A stretch of DNA of 13,986 nucleotides, from positions 1-13,986 of the forward strand of contig CAZEBC010000101.1 in NCBI GenBank assembly GCA_964510165.1, given 5' to 3'. A program made the position numbers and the translations under genes. The DNA is from an uncultured bacterium (GTDB lineage Bacteria > Abyssobacteria > SURF-5). Below are positions 1 to 6,783 of the stretch, one piece after another. The notes under the pieces were generated by a model. The model searched no databases, was not told the origin of the DNA, and saw only the letters and a program-made list of their open reading frames with translations. How positions within the stretch are numbered: position 1 is the first letter of the stretch; every line of letters begins with the position of its first letter.

Positions 1-410
1 TTCCCGACGAGTTCGTCTTTGGTCAGCTTCTTGAGTTGCGCCTTGATGCGAACGTCCAGCGCATCCAGGTCGAACGGTTTGGTAAGATAGTCGTCGCCGC
101 CGCACTTCTGCCCCTCGATGCGGCTTTGCGCGTCGTCTTTGGCCGTAAGGAAGATGATGGGAATCTGCCGCAGCTTCGGGTCGGACTTGATGATGCGGCA
201 CAGCCAGAACCCGTCCATCTTCGGAATCATGACGTCGAGCAGAATCAGGCTCGGTCTCAACGTATTCACTCGCTTGAGCGCTTCTTCGCCCGAGCGTGCC
301 CGCGCCACCGTGTATCCCCTCGCCTCGAGGAAAGTCTCGGTTATGTCCAGGATGTCCTCGTCGTCATCAACTATCAGGATGACTGGCTTATCCGCTCTCT
401 TTGCGCTCAT
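1..410 (-). CDS. Response regulator (CheY-like receiver domain), runs off the left edge of the window
   Basis: Not in the ORF track because it has no stop in the window. Manual translation from ATG 410: MSAKRADKPVILIVDDDEDILDITETFLEARGYTVARARSGEEALKRVNTLRPSLILLDVMIPKMDGFWLCRIIKSDPKLRQIPIIFLTAKDDAQSRIEGQKCGGDDYLTKPFDLDALDVRIKAQLKK... Acidic pocket DD, phospho-acceptor D (LLDVMIP), T (FLTAK) and KP (YLTKPF) are all present. Confidence 0.95.
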   Translation of the reverse strand, partial: MSAKRADKPVILIVDDDEDILDITETFLEARGYTVARARSGEEALKRVNTLRPSLILLDVMIPKMDGFWLCRIIKSDPKLRQIPIIFLTAKDDAQSRIEGQKCGGDDYLTKPFDLDALDVRIKAQLKKLTKDELVG

Positions 411-426
411 GGATGATTCAGATACC

Positions 427-471
427 CGGTTATTTGGGGACACCATGCGGCATGGTGTCCCCAAATAACCG
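427..471. repeat. Perfect 22-bp inverted repeat (CGGTTATTTGGGGACACCATGC-G-GCATGGTGTCCCCAAATAACCG), REP-like palindrome
   Basis: Arms 427-448 and 450-471 are exact reverse complements. 454-472 recurs identically (19 nt) at 7802-7820. Confidence 0.9.
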
Positions 472-513
472 AGGGTTGCGGCTCAACCGCGTCATGTTTC
501 AGCCAAGTCAATC

Positions 514-1275
514 TCAATCCTCGTCCGGCGGGAACCTCTTCAGCAGTTCCTTGTACAGCCTTTCGCCGATGGCAATCCCTATCTCGATGAACTCGGGACC
601 ATACTTCATGCCGGTCCCTGAGCGAAACGTGGCCGATATCCTGCGCACGCCTTCCATCCCTTTGGGAAAGTGGGCCAGAAGCGCCTTGATCGGGATATCC
701 GTCGGCACCATTTCCCACAGCGTATCGGTAAAGTTGTCCGGTCCCCATCGGAACTTGTCGGCGTCATAGAGCGCGTCGCTCAAGAGCTGACCGAGCGACG
801 AGTCAACCGCCGCCGGCTCGATAAAAGCCTCGTGGTTCTCGATGGACCGGACTATCCACTGCCGCTCTGTCTCCTCGATGGGAAAATCCTCCAGTATCTC
901 CTCAGCAAGCACGGCGCTTTGCTGTGCATGATGTGGGACACGCCGCCTAATGTCGTGAAGAAGCGAGGCCAACTGTACGAGGAACATCGCCCGCTTCGTG
1001 CGGTCAAGCGGGTCGCCCCTCTGCCGTGACTCCTCGTGCACGATCGCGCCCGCATCAGTCGCCACCTTCTCCGAGTGCCTGAGCCCATGCCCGAATTGCT
1101 CGTCCCGGGCTATCACGATCTGGCGCGACCTCTCAAGGACAGGGTCGGTCAGAAGCAGCCTGCGCGATATTTCACGATCCTGGCCGAGTTCCGTATAAAA
1201 TCTTGGAGCGGCGAAGCTTCGGGCTATCTCGATGGCCAAAGACCGGGCCTGCTTATAGTCGTCCGCGCTCGTCAT
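514..1275 (-). CDS. HD-domain (metal-dependent phosphohydrolase superfamily) protein, 253 aa
   Basis: H..HD..D pattern: HGLRHSEKVA / SLLHDIRR / HAQQSA / ENHEAF / DALYDADK. Start moved to ATG 1275 (MTSADDY), preceded by a GGGGGA RBS and a promoter. The ORF-track extension to 1491 translates repeat and promoter DNA. Confidence 0.85.
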   Translation of the reverse strand: MTSADDYKQARSLAIEIARSFAAPRFYTELGQDREISRRLLLTDPVLERSRQIVIARDEQFGHGLRHSEKVATDAGAIVHEESRQRGDPLDRTKRAMFLVQLASLLHDIRRRVPHHAQQSAVLAEEILEDFPIEETERQWIVRSIENHEAFIEPAAVDSSLGQLLSDALYDADKFRWGPDNFTDTLWEMVPTDIPIKALLAHFPKGMEGVRRISATFRSGTGMKYGPEFIEIGIAIGERLYKELLKRFPPDED

Positions 1276-1309
1276 GCGGAATAATCCCCCCAAGGCGAAA
1301 CGCCGCCGA

Positions 1310-1338
1310 ATTATAACACAGGCATTCCCCTTTTTCAA
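1310..1338 (-). promoter_or_regulatory. Sigma70-type promoter for the HD gene (TTGAAA-17-TATAAT, extended -10 TGt)
   Basis: Minus strand: -35 at 1338-1333, -10 at 1315-1310, 17-nt spacer, TG immediately upstream of -10. Confidence 0.75.
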
Positions 1339-1360
1339 ATGCCGGTTCTGCGTCAGATAC

Positions 1361-1390
1361 TTGAACCATCGAGTACGAATGTGATATAAG
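1361..1390 (+). promoter_or_regulatory. Possible divergent sigma70-type promoter for the DUF4203 gene (TTGAAC-18-TATAAG, TGa extended -10)
   Basis: TTGAAC 1361-1366; TGA-TATAAG 1382-1390. Imperfect -10. Confidence 0.45.
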
Positions 1391-1418
1391 CTATACGTGG
1401 CGTGCACCGGAAAACGTG

Positions 1419-1451
1419 CCCTCTCCCAGTGGGAGAGGGTTGGGGTGAGGG
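1419..1451 (+). repeat. boxC-like hairpin/G-tract repeat CCCTCTCCC-agt-GGGAGAGGG-TTGGGGTGAGGG
   Basis: Perfect 9-bp stem followed by a G-rich tail. Related copies at 2209-2279 and 7771-7803. Confidence 0.85.
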
Positions 1452-1508
1452 AAAAAACACAGCAGAAATCCGTCATTCTCAAGGTAAACACTACAGAGCA
1501 GAGCAGAC

Positions 1509-2153
1509 ATGAACCTTCATCTCTACGGTTTCTTCTGGCTGTCAGCCGCGCTCTTTCTCGGTCTCCTCAACTGCTTCTTCGGATACCGGCTGTTTCTCGT
1601 GACGGTAGGCTTCCTCGGATTGCTGTTCGGCTCATGGGCCGGATATTACATCGGAAACTGGCTCTCCCCACCCATACCGACCATCGTGTTTATCATTGTG
1701 CTGGGACTGATCGGAGTCTGGGCGAGCATTTCCGGATACTACGCCTTCATATTCGTCCTCGGCGCGTTCGCATTTGCGCTTCTGGCGGGGGTCATTGGAG
1801 GGCTCTACGCAAATGACGTGCCGGCGCTTCTCCTATTTGTGTTCGGACTCATCGGCGGATTCATCTCCCTCTGGCTTCAAAGGATAATCATAATATTCGC
1901 GACGGCGGCCCAGGGGGCGCTGTCGGTCATCTTCGCCCTGTTTGCGTTCATATCGGGCAGAGGCGTAATCGCGTACCAGCAGCTTTTCCGTCGTTTGCTC
2001 GAGGGCGAATTGGGTCGCAGAGGCGGCCTGTGGTTCTATGTTGGAGCCTTCTTCTGGCTTGTGCTCTTTGTGGCCGGCGTTGTGGCCCAATTCACTCGCG
2101 GCAAGGAAATGTACAGGGCACCGAGGCGCCCCGAAGCCGAGATACAGGGCTGA
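1509..2153 (+). CDS. DUF4203 / TMEM198-like multi-pass membrane protein, 214 aa
   Basis: About 7 hydrophobic segments; N-terminal 'GLLNCFFGYRLF..GFLG' signature and 'IIIFATAAQGA' motif typical of DUF4203. Confidence 0.8.
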   Translation: MNLHLYGFFWLSAALFLGLLNCFFGYRLFLVTVGFLGLLFGSWAGYYIGNWLSPPIPTIVFIIVLGLIGVWASISGYYAFIFVLGAFAFALLAGVIGGLYANDVPALLLFVFGLIGGFISLWLQRIIIIFATAAQGALSVIFALFAFISGRGVIAYQQLFRRLLEGELGRRGGLWFYVGAFFWLVLFVAGVVAQFTRGKEMYRAPRRPEAEIQG

Positions 2154-2162
2154 TCAAGCGCA

Positions 2163-2191
2163 TTGCAGGCCTCTGCGTCGCATGATATACT
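2163..2191 (+). promoter_or_regulatory. Sigma70-type promoter for the HEAT/UAP operon (TTGCAG-17-TATACT, TGa extended -10)
   Basis: TTGCAG 2163-2168, TATACT 2186-2191, TG at 2183-2184. Confidence 0.65.
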
Positions 2192-2208
2192 CTTGCTCGC
2201 ACCGATAG

Positions 2209-2279
2209 CCCCTCACCCACCCCCCACGGAGAGAGGACGTATTCATGCCCTCTCCCTCAGGGAGGGGGCATGGTGAGGG
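2209..2279. repeat. Inverted pair of degenerate boxC-like units
   Basis: CCCCTCACCCACCCCCCACGGAGAGAGG (2209-2236, inverse orientation) and CCCTCTCCC-tca-GGGAGGGGG-CATGGTGAGGG (2248-2279). Ends CCCTCACC/GGTGAGGG are complementary. Confidence 0.75.
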
Positions 2280-2334
2280 AGCAAACACGATAGAAACTAA
2301 ACAAAACCATCGTGAGCGGCAAGGGAGGGCAGGC

Positions 2335-3285
2335 ATGGCAGACGTCGATGCTTTAATTGAAAAGCTGAAGTCGGGAGACTATTACTCACGCAGCACCGCG
2401 GCCCGCGCATTGGGCCAGGTCGGCGGCGCGAAAGCGTGCGCAGCCCTGATCGATTCTCTCACCGATGAAGATGAATGGGTGCGCGAATATGCCGCCGAGG
2501 CGCTCGGCAAAGTCGGATGCGCCGATGCCGTGAAGCCGCTCGGGGAACTGCTCCGCTCGAAGAGCTACAAGGTCAGGTGCACCGCCGCCGAAGCCCTCGG
2601 GAGAATCGGCGGTCAGGAGGCCCGCGCTTTGCTCGAGCCCCTGAAGAACGATGGCGACTCCTGGGTGCGCGACGCCGTAAGGGTCGCGCTGGAAAAGATG
2701 TCCGCCGCACCGCCCAAACCCGCGCCGAAACCCGTCACCCAGGCGTCTCACTCCGCTCCCGCCGCCCAGCCGGAGGCGCAACCAGATGAGGAAGCCGAAG
2801 CCGGTTTGATGACTTTTGAGGACGAGGAGACCGAAACAAAAGCTCAGCGCACTCCGGTTGTCGCCAGGCGCGTTCAGCGACGAACCCCTCGCGAGTTAAT
2901 CGAAGAGATGACGCAAGGCTCTTCCATCAAATACAAGGCCATTCCGTCCGGCTTCGTCCTGCGCGTGCCGGTGGGCGGCGGCAGATACCAGAAGGTACGC
3001 CTCAAGTTCGACTCGACCGACGAAGACGGCTCTCCCATTATCCAGATATTCACCGTCATCGGGCCCGCGCAGCCGAAGCACTATCGCTGGGCGTTGACCC
3101 TGAATCCGACCTTCTTTTATGGCGCGCTCGGCCTCGTCACCATCGACAACAAGGAATTCCTGGCCATTATTAACACGCTCTTGGAGGAAAACGTTGACAC
3201 GACGGCGCTCGAAAAATCCGTCTGGACACTTGCCCGGAAAGGCGATGAACTCGAAAAAAAGCTCATCCAAAAGGATTCATGGTAA
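2335..3285 (+). CDS. HEAT (PBS-lyase-like) repeat protein with Pro/Ala/acidic linker and C-terminal YbjN/T3SS-chaperone-like domain, 316 aa
   Basis: Four HEAT units (e.g. LIDSLTDEDEWVREYAAEALGKVG); linker APPKPAPKP...EDEETE; C-domain GRYQKV...ALTLN..GALG...LARKGDELEKKL. Start ATG 2335 after GGGAGG RBS. Confidence 0.85.
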   Translation: MADVDALIEKLKSGDYYSRSTAARALGQVGGAKACAALIDSLTDEDEWVREYAAEALGKVGCADAVKPLGELLRSKSYKVRCTAAEALGRIGGQEARALLEPLKNDGDSWVRDAVRVALEKMSAAPPKPAPKPVTQASHSAPAAQPEAQPDEEAEAGLMTFEDEETETKAQRTPVVARRVQRRTPRELIEEMTQGSSIKYKAIPSGFVLRVPVGGGRYQKVRLKFDSTDEDGSPIIQIFTVIGPAQPKHYRWALTLNPTFFYGALGLVTIDNKEFLAIINTLLEENVDTTALEKSVWTLARKGDELEKKLIQKDSW

Positions 3286-4735
3286 GCCCCCGGAACCGGC
3301 CGCCCATCTGCGGCATCCGGACCCTAACAAACAAGAAATCATAGACCGAACGATAAGAGCAGGGCAGGGCCATGTGTTCAGGTGGTGGGATGAGATCGGC
3401 GAGACCGGCAGAGCACACCTGCTGGCGCAACTTGCGACCGTGGATTTCGGGGAACTGCGCGACCTCTTCGAGCGATGGAAAAAGGGCATCAGTCCACACG
3501 CCTTCGAGGGCGAACTCCTGCCCGCCGACGTGATCCCGCTTCCGAAAACAGAAGAAGAACGGGCGGCCGCCCGCTTGGCCTATCGGACGGGAGAGAATGC
3601 CATTCGCGCGGGCGAAGTGGCCATCTTCCTCGTGGCCGGCGGACAGGCCACTCGCCTCGGCATCGAAGCGCCCAAGGGCACATTGCCAATTACCCCGGTC
3701 AGGAACAAGCCCATCTTCGAGCATCACGCCGAGAAAATCCGGGCGCTCTCGCGCAAGTATAACGTCTCGCTTCCCTATTACATCATGACCAGTGAAACCA
3801 ATCAAGAGTCCACCCGCGAGTTCTTCGAGCTTAACCGATACTTCGGACTTCGGCGCGAGGACGTGTTCTTCTTCAGACAGGAGATGATGCCCGCCCTCGA
3901 CTTCGAGGGAAGACTCATTCTTGACGAAAAAGACCACATCTTCACCAGTCCGAACGGACACGGGGGTTCCATCACGTCGCTCAAACGCTCGGGCGCGCTC
4001 GACGACATGAAGGCGCGCGGCATCCGGCACATCTTCTATTTCCAGGTGGACAACGTGCTCATCAAGATGGCCGACCCGTTGTTCATCGGCCGCCACATCG
4101 AGAATGGCGCCGAGATGTCGGCGAAGGTGGCGCCCAAGACCACGCCCGAGGAAAAGGTCGGCGTCGTGTGCGTCGTAGGCGGCAGGACGAACGTTATCGA
4201 GTACAGCGACCTCTCCGACGAACACATGTACGCGCGGAATCCGGACGGCTCGCTCACCTTCTCCGCGGGCAACCTCGCCATCCACGTGCTCGATGTCGGC
4301 TTCGTCGAACGATTGAACCGCAAAAAGGAATGGCTGCCGTTCCACACTGCCGAAAAGGCCGTGCCCTTCCTCAACACGGAAGGCGAACTCATCAAACCGA
4401 ACGGAAAGAACGGGCTGAAATTCGAGAAGTTCGTCTTCGATGCGCTCAGCTCGGCACAGGCGACCGCCATCGTCGAGGTGGACCGCGACGAGGAGTTCGC
4501 TCCCATCAAGAACGCCAGCGGAGTGGACAGCCCCGACACGGCGCGCGAGTTGATGATGAGGCTGTACACGAAATGGCTCGAGCAAGCGGGCGTTAGCGTG
4601 CCGCGCGATGAACAAGACCGCCCCAAAGGCCCCATCGAGATCAGCCCTCTGTTCGCGCTCGACGCCGGCGAACTTAAGCAGAACCTCCCGCCATCCTTCA
4701 AAATGAGATTCCCGCTCTACCTCGGTCCGGACTGA
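3245..4735 (+). CDS. UDPGP-family (UAP1/AGX-like) UDP-N-acetylglucosamine/hexosamine pyrophosphorylase; start uncertain
   Basis: Motifs LVAGGQATRLG..PKG, PYYIMTS, PNGHGG, FQVDN, IEYSDL, KFEKFVFD, EEFAPIKNA, N-terminal GQGH. The last in-frame ATG before the conserved N-terminal helix is 3245, overlapping the HEAT gene by 41 nt. Confidence 0.9.
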   Translation: MNSKKSSSKRIHGKPPEPAAHLRHPDPNKQEIIDRTIRAGQGHVFRWWDEIGETGRAHLLAQLATVDFGELRDLFERWKKGISPHAFEGELLPADVIPLPKTEEERAAARLAYRTGENAIRAGEVAIFLVAGGQATRLGIEAPKGTLPITPVRNKPIFEHHAEKIRALSRKYNVSLPYYIMTSETNQESTREFFELNRYFGLRREDVFFFRQEMMPALDFEGRLILDEKDHIFTSPNGHGGSITSLKRSGALDDMKARGIRHIFYFQVDNVLIKMADPLFIGRHIENGAEMSAKVAPKTTPEEKVGVVCVVGGRTNVIEYSDLSDEHMYARNPDGSLTFSAGNLAIHVLDVGFVERLNRKKEWLPFHTAEKAVPFLNTEGELIKPNGKNGLKFEKFVFDALSSAQATAIVEVDRDEEFAPIKNASGVDSPDTARELMMRLYTKWLEQAGVSVPRDEQDRPKGPIEISPLFALDAGELKQNLPPSFKMRFPLYLGPD

Positions 4736-4813
4736 GTCCCGGGGGTGCGTGTTCTCAAAGTCCGGCGTCTTTACGAGAGGCTCCCTTTTCCTGGTATAAA
4801 CGCCGCTCAGAAA

Positions 4814-4842
4814 TTGACAGGCGTTCCAGTCGCTGGTATACT
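4814..4842 (+). promoter_or_regulatory. Near-consensus sigma70 promoter TTGACA-17-TATACT (TGg extended -10)
   Basis: TTGACA 4814-4819, TATACT 4837-4842, TG 4834-4835. Confidence 0.85.
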
Positions 4843-4958
4843 ATTCATCATCAAACAGGCGTATCTGAAGCTTTTTTGTGATCTCCCTTCGCCCCGTTGT
4901 TGGAACGTCCCGTGTGATCCCAGCGCCTAAAACCATAATGAATCGAGGAAATTGAACG

Positions 4959-6410
4959 ATGGCAGAAGCACACAGTACCACCGAAACAAACTCACATTTG
5001 GACCCATTGTTCTACCCGAAAACGATAGCCGTGGTCGGCGCCTCGCCCGACGGCGACCCCTTTCGCTGGGGCGGCAAGACCTTCATTGAAGGACTGGTCA
5101 AGCAGAATTTCCGGGGCAAGGTGTGCCCGGTTCACCCGACCGCCGAATATGTGCTCGGCCTGAAAACCTACAAGAGTGTCTGCGATATTCCCTACGACGT
5201 CGACCTCGCGATATTCAGCATCCCAGCCTCGGCGGTGATGCGCGTGATGGAGGACTGCGTCAGGAAGCGTGTCAAGTTCGTTCACATTTTCACGGCGGGC
5301 TTCAGCGAGACTGGCCTCGAGGACCGCACCCGCCTCGAGCGAGAGCTTGTCGCGCTCGCGAAACAGGGCGGCGTGCGCGTGGTCGGCCCGAACTGCATGG
5401 GCGTGTATTGCCCCGACGCCGGCGTCGCATGGGTGAAGGACTTCCCGGCAGAGACCGGTCCGGTCGGCTTCGTGTCGCAGAGCGGCCAGCTTGCGGGCCA
5501 CTTCATCGAGGTGGGCCGCACCCGAGGCATCACCTTCAGCAAGGTGGTCAGCTTCGGCAACGGCAGCGACCTTCAGTGCCACGATTTCCTGAAATATCTC
5601 GCCAAGGATGACAAGACAAAGATCATCGGTTCCTACATCGAAGGACTCAAGGATGGCCGCGCCTTCTTCGAGATTGTCAGAGATTTGACCGTCAAGAAGC
5701 CACTGGTGGTATGGAAGGGCGGCCAGACCGAGGGCGGCACGCGCGCCGTGAGTTCGCACACGGCGGCGATTGCCGGCTCATACCAACTTTGGCAGGCGCT
5801 TTGCCGACAGACGGGTGTGATCTCGGTCGACTCGCTCGAGGAACTCGTCTCGACTATCGTCGCCTTGCAGGACATGAAACCGCCGCGCGGCGTGAACGTC
5901 GCCATCGTCGGCGGCGCCGGAGGTGGAAGCGTCACGATGACCGACGAGGCCGAGCGCGCCGGCCTGCGAGTGCCGCACCTGTCGGAGGCCACCATCCAGG
6001 GGCTCGGCAAGTTCGTGCCCGTGCATGGCCAGAGCGTCAAGAACCCGCTCGACATCTTCAGCGTGCTCGTCAATCCCGACCATTTCTTCCGCATGCTCGA
6101 GCTGCTGCGCGACGACCCGAACATTGACGCGCTCATCTATTACCAGCGCGTTGAGTGGGCGCTCAGACGCCAGCGGGCATTTCTCGACATGATAATTGAC
6201 ATGGCGATCCAGGGCATGCGCAAGCTCGAAAAGCCGCTGTTCATGGTGCTCGCCGACGCCAACTCGCTCGAGGGCGAGATACTCCGGCGCGAGGCTCAGC
6301 AGAAATACGCGGCTGCCGGCGTGCCAACCTTCCCCACCTTCCGAGAGGCAGCCCGCGCCGCGTACCATCTGGCAGGCTATTACAAGTACCTGGCCCTCCG
6401 GATGATCTGA
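4959..6410 (+). CDS. CoA-binding protein, ADP-forming acyl-CoA synthetase alpha-subunit-like, 483 aa
   Basis: LFYPKTIAVVGAS, TAGFSE, VVGPNCMG, FVSQSG, VSFGN, YIEG, KGG..EGG.RAVSSHT (phospho-His motif), GGGSV..D, NPLD. No ATP-grasp or GNAT domain is fused. Confidence 0.9.
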   Translation: MAEAHSTTETNSHLDPLFYPKTIAVVGASPDGDPFRWGGKTFIEGLVKQNFRGKVCPVHPTAEYVLGLKTYKSVCDIPYDVDLAIFSIPASAVMRVMEDCVRKRVKFVHIFTAGFSETGLEDRTRLERELVALAKQGGVRVVGPNCMGVYCPDAGVAWVKDFPAETGPVGFVSQSGQLAGHFIEVGRTRGITFSKVVSFGNGSDLQCHDFLKYLAKDDKTKIIGSYIEGLKDGRAFFEIVRDLTVKKPLVVWKGGQTEGGTRAVSSHTAAIAGSYQLWQALCRQTGVISVDSLEELVSTIVALQDMKPPRGVNVAIVGGAGGGSVTMTDEAERAGLRVPHLSEATIQGLGKFVPVHGQSVKNPLDIFSVLVNPDHFFRMLELLRDDPNIDALIYYQRVEWALRRQRAFLDMIIDMAIQGMRKLEKPLFMVLADANSLEGEILRREAQQKYAAAGVPTFPTFREAARAAYHLAGYYKYLALRMI

Positions 6411-6508
6411 AAAGATTCGTCCCGAGGAACGAAAAACAGCCCGAAGGACCCAGAAACCGGCCTGCGGAAGTTCCCTGCCTTCATTTGCCGCCGCGCACAT
6501 TGGTGAGG

Positions 6509-6557
6509 GATACGAAAATGGGAAGGGACACAAATGGGCGCAACGACACAAAATGGC
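6509..6557 (+). promoter_or_regulatory. Three 18-bp-period direct repeats GAYAC(N)AAATGG, candidate enhancer-binding-protein (UAS) sites
   Basis: GATACGAAAATGGG (6509), GACACAAATGGG (6527), GACACAAAATGGC (6545); about 150-195 bp upstream of a -24/-12 promoter. Confidence 0.55.
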
Positions 6558-6700
6558 TCCACCCGTATCGACAGTCGTGAAAACGCCGACCATGTCTCAT
6601 GCGTTCACGCCGGCGAACAGGCTGCGGAACCCGTCACAGATGAATCGGTTAGGGACCCCGGCGGTAAATAAGAGCGGAACAGGTTCCCTCTTGGACACAA

Positions 6701-6717
6701 TTGGTACGGAATTTGCT
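6701..6717 (+). promoter_or_regulatory. Sigma54 (-24/-12) promoter TTGGTACGGAATTTGCT
   Basis: GG (6703-6704)-N10-GC (6715-6716); one mismatch to TGGCACG-N4-TTGC; 67 nt upstream of the HDOD start. Confidence 0.8.
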
Positions 6718-6783
6718 TCTCTTGTTCTGCTGGGAGCACATAAGTTCTTTCTGGATCAGCATGTCACGCAGAAGGAGGCCCTC

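Noticed and set aside
36..468. Plus-strand ORFs 36-416 and 118-468
   Set aside because: Antisense shadows of the minus-strand response regulator.
1276..1491. N-terminal extension of the HD ORF (also 2245-2334, 9234-9425, 10769-10864, 12630-12683)
   Set aside because: These translate promoter, repeat or neighbouring-gene DNA; better starts with RBS or promoter support lie downstream.
3255..3261. In-frame A-AAA-AAG slippery heptamer near the end of the HEAT gene, suggesting a programmed HEAT-UAP fusion
   Set aside because: A -1 shift enters the frame that stops at TAG near 3342-3344; the UAP frame is +1, so no fusion results.
3263..4615. 450-aa antisense ORF, and similar long shadow ORFs at 4992-5759, 5778-6593, 8121-8840 and 12687-13523
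   Set aside because: They lie opposite well-supported genes, have no recognisable motifs, and are expected from high-GC3 codon usage.
6509..6557. Repeats as a mini-CRISPR array or iterons
   Set aside because: An 18-bp period with about 5-nt spacers is far too short for CRISPR; no cas or rep gene is present.
6553..6783. 77-aa N-terminal extension of the HDOD ORF
   Set aside because: It spans the sigma54 promoter and has no RBS; TTG 6784 has AAGGAGG and matches the normal HDOD domain start.
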